From positions 14,074,001 through 14,138,000 of the forward strand of contig CM052839.1 in the NCBI GenBank assembly GCA_028534125.1: DNA of 64,000 bases. Direction: 5' to 3'. This document shows positions 61,001 through 64,000 of this stretch, in pieces. Positions within the stretch are counted from its first letter, which is position 1. Each line of letters opens with the position of its first letter. Under the pieces are notes generated by a model. It was given only the letters and a program-made list of their open reading frames with translations. It was not told the origin of the DNA and searched no databases. Both the position numbers and the translations under genes were made by a program. The stretch is from Lama glama. Taxonomy: Eukaryota.

Positions 61001-62300
61001 GCAGGGGTGCTGTGCTGAGCCATCCAGCACCCTCTCCCTACCCCGACTCCTGCATCCCAGGGACCCCGCCCTCCCTGGGTGACTAGTGCCAGAGCTGGAC
61101 AAAGGTGGGCTGCTGGCTCTCTGAGAGGGTAGCCTGACCTCTTACCAGAACTTTCCCCTTCGGCTCTCCACCCAATGCCACAGGACATTGGGCGTCACAG
61201 GGGCACCTCACGGGGACCCATGGGCCTGGTTTCATGTCTGAGAGACAGCTTGCCTAAAAGCCCGGCATTCAGAAGGCTTGTGGCTTAGGATCCGGGCTGA
61301 CCCAGCACCTCTCCTCTGTCTTCTGTTGATGCAGGTGGGCCAAACCCAGGACTCATCCTCAGTGGGTTTCTGGGAGGGGCTGTCGGGGCGAGAGACCTGG
61401 GCGGAGCTGCCAGGAGCCCTGGCTGCGGTCGGCCTCTGCCGCAGTGCACGCAGCTCCGAGGCCCTCAGCCTCTCATCCTCTGGGTCTGTGACGTGGTAGC
61501 CTGTGGGGCTGCTGTGGGCTGGCGGCCGTACATTGGAGCTGGGGGTGTTCTGTAAACTGGGAGGCGCACCGATGCCCCAGGCTGCCCGTTAATGGGAAGC
61601 AGCCTGGCAGGAGGGACTGAACGTGGGCTTCGGGGTCAGACGGGCGTGGGTCTGTCCCAGCCCTGGGCTTCTGGGTCATGGAGCTCAGGGAGCATGCCCT
61701 GGCCTCTCGGAGCCCCCGAGGACTGCTGTGAGGGCTAAATGAGACAAAATGCTGGGAGCTCCTGGCCCACTGCTTGCTGTGACCTCAGTGTGCTCCTCTC
61801 TACAGTGGGGTTGCTGGGTAGGTCAGGGGACCTCACACAGGAAGCACACAGGCCCAGCTTAGCAGGCAGAGTCGTCAGTGCACACTAGCGCTGAGATGGT
61901 TACTGCTGGTGTGATCTGGGGCCCACGGTTACCTGTCAGCCTGAGTCTAGGGTAACCAGGAGCCCAGGCTGCTCCCTTGACCCCCTCCCACGATGGGACA
62001 TTTGACAGGTGGGAGCAGAATGTTCCGCCTGGGCTGTCCCAGCACGGGCCCAGGCTTTCTGAGAGCAGCTTCCTTGCTCCCAGCAGAGGGAGCTCCTGCT
62101 GCCAGGGCTAAGCTGAGCCAGAACCTTGCCGGGGCAGGCTTGGTGGGCATCACCGTGGACTTGGGGGGACGCCGGGGCCTCACCCAGCCAGACCAGGCGA
62201 GTGAGCTTCTCCAGGCCCTCGATCTTCTCGATGGTGTTGTTGTCCAGCTGCAGCTTCCGCAAGTTCTCAAACTGCCAGAGGTTGTCTATGCGTAGGATGT
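48921..62300 (-). CDS. DRC3: Dynein regulatory complex subunit 3 (LRRC48; SDS22-like LRRs plus coiled coil), 5'-partial, 11 coding exons in window
   Basis: complement(join(48921..49034,49224..49355,51153..51276,52386..52456,54067..54198,54988..55162,55945..56057,56466..56585,56923..57069,59838..60004,62184..62300)) = 1412 nt. LRR motifs [42 protein letters not shown]; C-terminus ECGDILD. The first ~53 codons lie beyond 64000. Confidence 0.96.
49224..49355 (-). CDS. DRC3: DRC3 exon
   Basis: [44 protein letters not shown]; |gtgagc. Confidence 0.95.
51153..51276 (-). CDS. DRC3: DRC3 exon
   Basis: [41 protein letters not shown]; |gtgagc. Confidence 0.95.
51277..52385 (-). other. DRC3: Second U12-type AT-AC intron in DRC3
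   Basis: 5'ss ATATCCTTTC; branch GGCTTAAC (51288-51295); acceptor GCAC|; splicing restores VQSLMAQCRD. Confidence 0.92.
52386..52456 (-). CDS. DRC3: DRC3 exon
   Basis: [23 protein letters not shown](L); followed by ATATCCTTT. Confidence 0.94.
54067..54198 (-). CDS. DRC3: DRC3 exon
   Basis: [44 protein letters not shown]; |gtaagc. Confidence 0.94.
54988..55162 (-). CDS. DRC3: DRC3 exon
   Basis: [58 protein letters not shown]; |gtaggc. Confidence 0.94.
55163..55944 (-). other. DRC3: U12-type AT-AC intron in DRC3
   Basis: 5'ss ATATCCTTCC; branch TTCCTTGAC (55173-55181); acceptor CAC|; splicing restores ETYKDKF in frame. Confidence 0.93.
55945..56057 (-). CDS. DRC3: DRC3 exon
   Basis: [37 protein letters not shown](T); followed by ATATCCTT. 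Confidence 0.94.
56466..56585 (-). CDS. DRC3: DRC3 exon
   Basis: [40 protein letters not shown]; |gttggg. Confidence 0.94.
56923..57069 (-). CDS. DRC3: DRC3 exon (LRR cap) with GC donor
   Basis: [20 protein letters not shown]...DFRRIDDHT; donor ACG|GCAAGT. Confidence 0.93.
57610..58130 (-). mobile_element. LINE-2 3' fragment
   Basis: TCATTTGTTTATTCGTTCAACAAGCAT...GCACCTGCCAGG L2 terminus; GGGTGAGTGCATTCCCAGAAGC...GCAAAGGCCCTGAGGCAGGAAAGAGC. Confidence 0.65.
58135..58780 (+). mobile_element. Old L1ME-like fragment
   Basis: ACTGCTGGTGGG...TAAATGGT...GGGCAATTGGCA...GACCCAGCAGTTCT...TTGGAAACCACCT. Confidence 0.5.
59838..60004 (-). CDS. DRC3: DRC3 exon (LRR)
   Basis: [56 protein letters not shown]; |gtgagc. 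Confidence 0.95.
60780..60955. mobile_element. MER63-like hAT-Blackjack remnant
   Basis: GTAAATACTCCCACTGTGGCCAATTTCAAGCTCCCAAC...AGTTGGGACGAGATG. Confidence 0.6.
62184..62300 (-). CDS. DRC3: DRC3 exon (LRR)
   Basis: [38 protein letters not shown]; |gtgagg. Confidence 0.95.
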
Positions 62301-63269
62301 CTGAAACAACAGGGCACACGCTGTGCTGCTTCCGGTCAGGGTCAGGGTCAGGATTTCAGCACCAGCGTCTGGGGGCTGGATGACCAATGCTAACCATGTG
62401 ACAGGCTCCAGAGCTCCGCCACGTCCCCGAAGTGTGCGGGGGCCCTGGATGTGTGGGCCAGCACTGCGGAGCTCCGAGTCCCCGTCGGTGCTGCGGTCCC
62501 GGTGGCTCATGGGCACACCACAGGGTGCAAGGGGCTGGCCATCTGGTCAGGGATTCACTCAGCTGCCCTTGGAACGCCTGGGCTCAGGACACAGGGCACA
62601 GGAAGGGCCCCTCCTTCCTTCCACAGGGTGACAAATAGAATCAAGGCCTCAGGGCGGCCAGACAGCTAGTTGAGCAGTTTGGAGGGTGCTTGGCCTCGTG
62701 GACAGAAATACTGTGTCCTTTGACCCTGAAGTTTCTCTACGTGGATTCTGTTTGCAAAGACCTGCAGTGTATATACCCAAAGGAACACCTGCAGGCACAC
62801 GAGGGACAGAAAGATGGGGCCCAGGTGTCTGCGCATGGGGAGGGGACAGATTGCTTACACGGCAGAGGCAGCTTCCCAGTGTCACCGAGTGCCTGAGCCC
62901 GCGGCCGCTGAGCCAGGCAGGCAGGCCTGAGCGTGTCCAGTTTTCCTAGAAGCCCCAGAGCTCTGCTGTTCACCTGTCCCTTTTTTCTATATTTGCTTTT
63001 GTAATGATATCCAAAACTTATAAAATGAGACTATGCTCATTAAAAGAACTGAAATAATATAAAAGTGAAAGGGGTTAAAAAAATTGCTTTTAACAAGCAC
63101 ACACTAGGGCGGCGGTTTCAACATTCACTCGGGGGGCCGCTGCCCTCCCCAGGCCGGTGGACAGCGGCTCCCTGACCCAGGGCCCGGTCGCGGGGCCGGG
63201 TGAGATGGCATCTGTCCCCAGCTCGCTGAGCCGGGTTTCCTGGAGTGACACCAGCCACCCCCAACCCCC

Positions 63270-63620
63270 ATGCTTCAGAGGCCTGGCTGGCTGTTCCCTC
63301 TGCCTGGACCGCCTTCCCCGGATCCCCACGTGGCTCCTGTCCTCACCTCCTCCTAGTTTTTGCTCAACTGTCACCTTCTTGGTGGGGCCTCTGACCCCCC
63401 AACAAAACACCACACCCAACTCCCCTTTTCTCCTCTCCTTGCTTATTTTTCTCCAGGGCACACGGGACCTCTCGGACACACTGTATTTTCCTTCTTTATT
63501 TTCTGTGTCCCCCTCCCTAGACGGCGAGCGGCACGAGGACAGGTTGTCTTGTTCACAGCTGACTCCCTGGTGCTCAGAACAGCACCTGGCATCACAGTGT
63601 CTGAGAAACAGCGCCTGAGC
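63270..63620 (+). mobile_element. LINE-2 3' fragment
   Basis: GGCTGTTCCCTCTGCCTGGA...TTTGCTCAACTGTCACCTTCT...GTCTTGTTCACAGCTG...AGAACAGCACCTGGCATC. Confidence 0.6.
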
Positions 63621-64000
63621 GGCAGGTGGGGCCAGGGAAGCCGGGAGGGCCCGGACACCCACTCTGTGCCCCTTAGCCCTCTCACGCCGAGGGGGCTGAG
63701 GCACAGGGCCCTCCCCGCTCTGCAACTCCGGACCTGCCCTGGGCACCGCCGAGTCCCCAGCTCTGACTTAGGACGTCCTTGCTGTCAACTGGATGACCCG
63801 GCAGGCTGACATGGAGGCCCGGGATAGAGCAGGGACAGGACCTCTGCCCACCTCTCCCGCTTCCTCCTGCGCCCCCTCCTTGAGCAAGCCAGGCCTCTGT
63901 TACCTTGTCTCGTCCACCCACCCAGCACCCAGGATGGGGCTGCAGCCACCCCGTCTCACAGAGGGACAGGCCCCTGCCCCTGCTGTTTCCAACCCCTTCT

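Noticed and set aside
63740-63810. KDVLS peptide on - resembling the missing upstream DRC3 exon (FKDVLSLQLDF)
   Set aside because: Only 5 residues match, the flanks do not, and there is no suitable donor. The real exon lies outside the window.

Overview
Mammalian genomic DNA, GC- and CpG-rich, with four N-gaps. It is probably camelid, judging by a tRNA-Ala-type SINE. It is orthologous to part of the human 17p11.2 Smith-Magenis interval. From left to right: MYO15A intron 1, non-coding exon 1 and promoter (-); DRG2 (-, 13 coding exons, 364 aa, complete); GID4 (-, 6 coding exons, exon 1 partly in a gap); a bidirectional CpG-island promoter; ATPAF2 (+, 8 coding exons, 291 aa, complete); DRC3/LRRC48 (-, last 11 coding exons, 5' end outside the window). 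Exon boundaries were read by hand and the splice phases add up. Gene names rest on my recollection of the human and mouse proteins, not on a database search. I see no new gene family or prokaryote-style system. The most notable signals are: three minor-spliceosome (U12) introns (one GT-AG in DRG2, two AT-AC in DRC3) plus a GC-AG intron; an LTR in ATPAF2 intron 1 carrying U12-like donor and branch signals; loss of the human GID4 N-terminal extension, so GID4 starts Met-Pro; a YY1/Kozak-like element with an ATG on both strands at the GID4/ATPAF2 promoter; POU4F3- and ATOH1-like motifs at the MYO15A promoter about 0.5 kb past the DRG2 polyA signal; and hints of GC-biased evolution.
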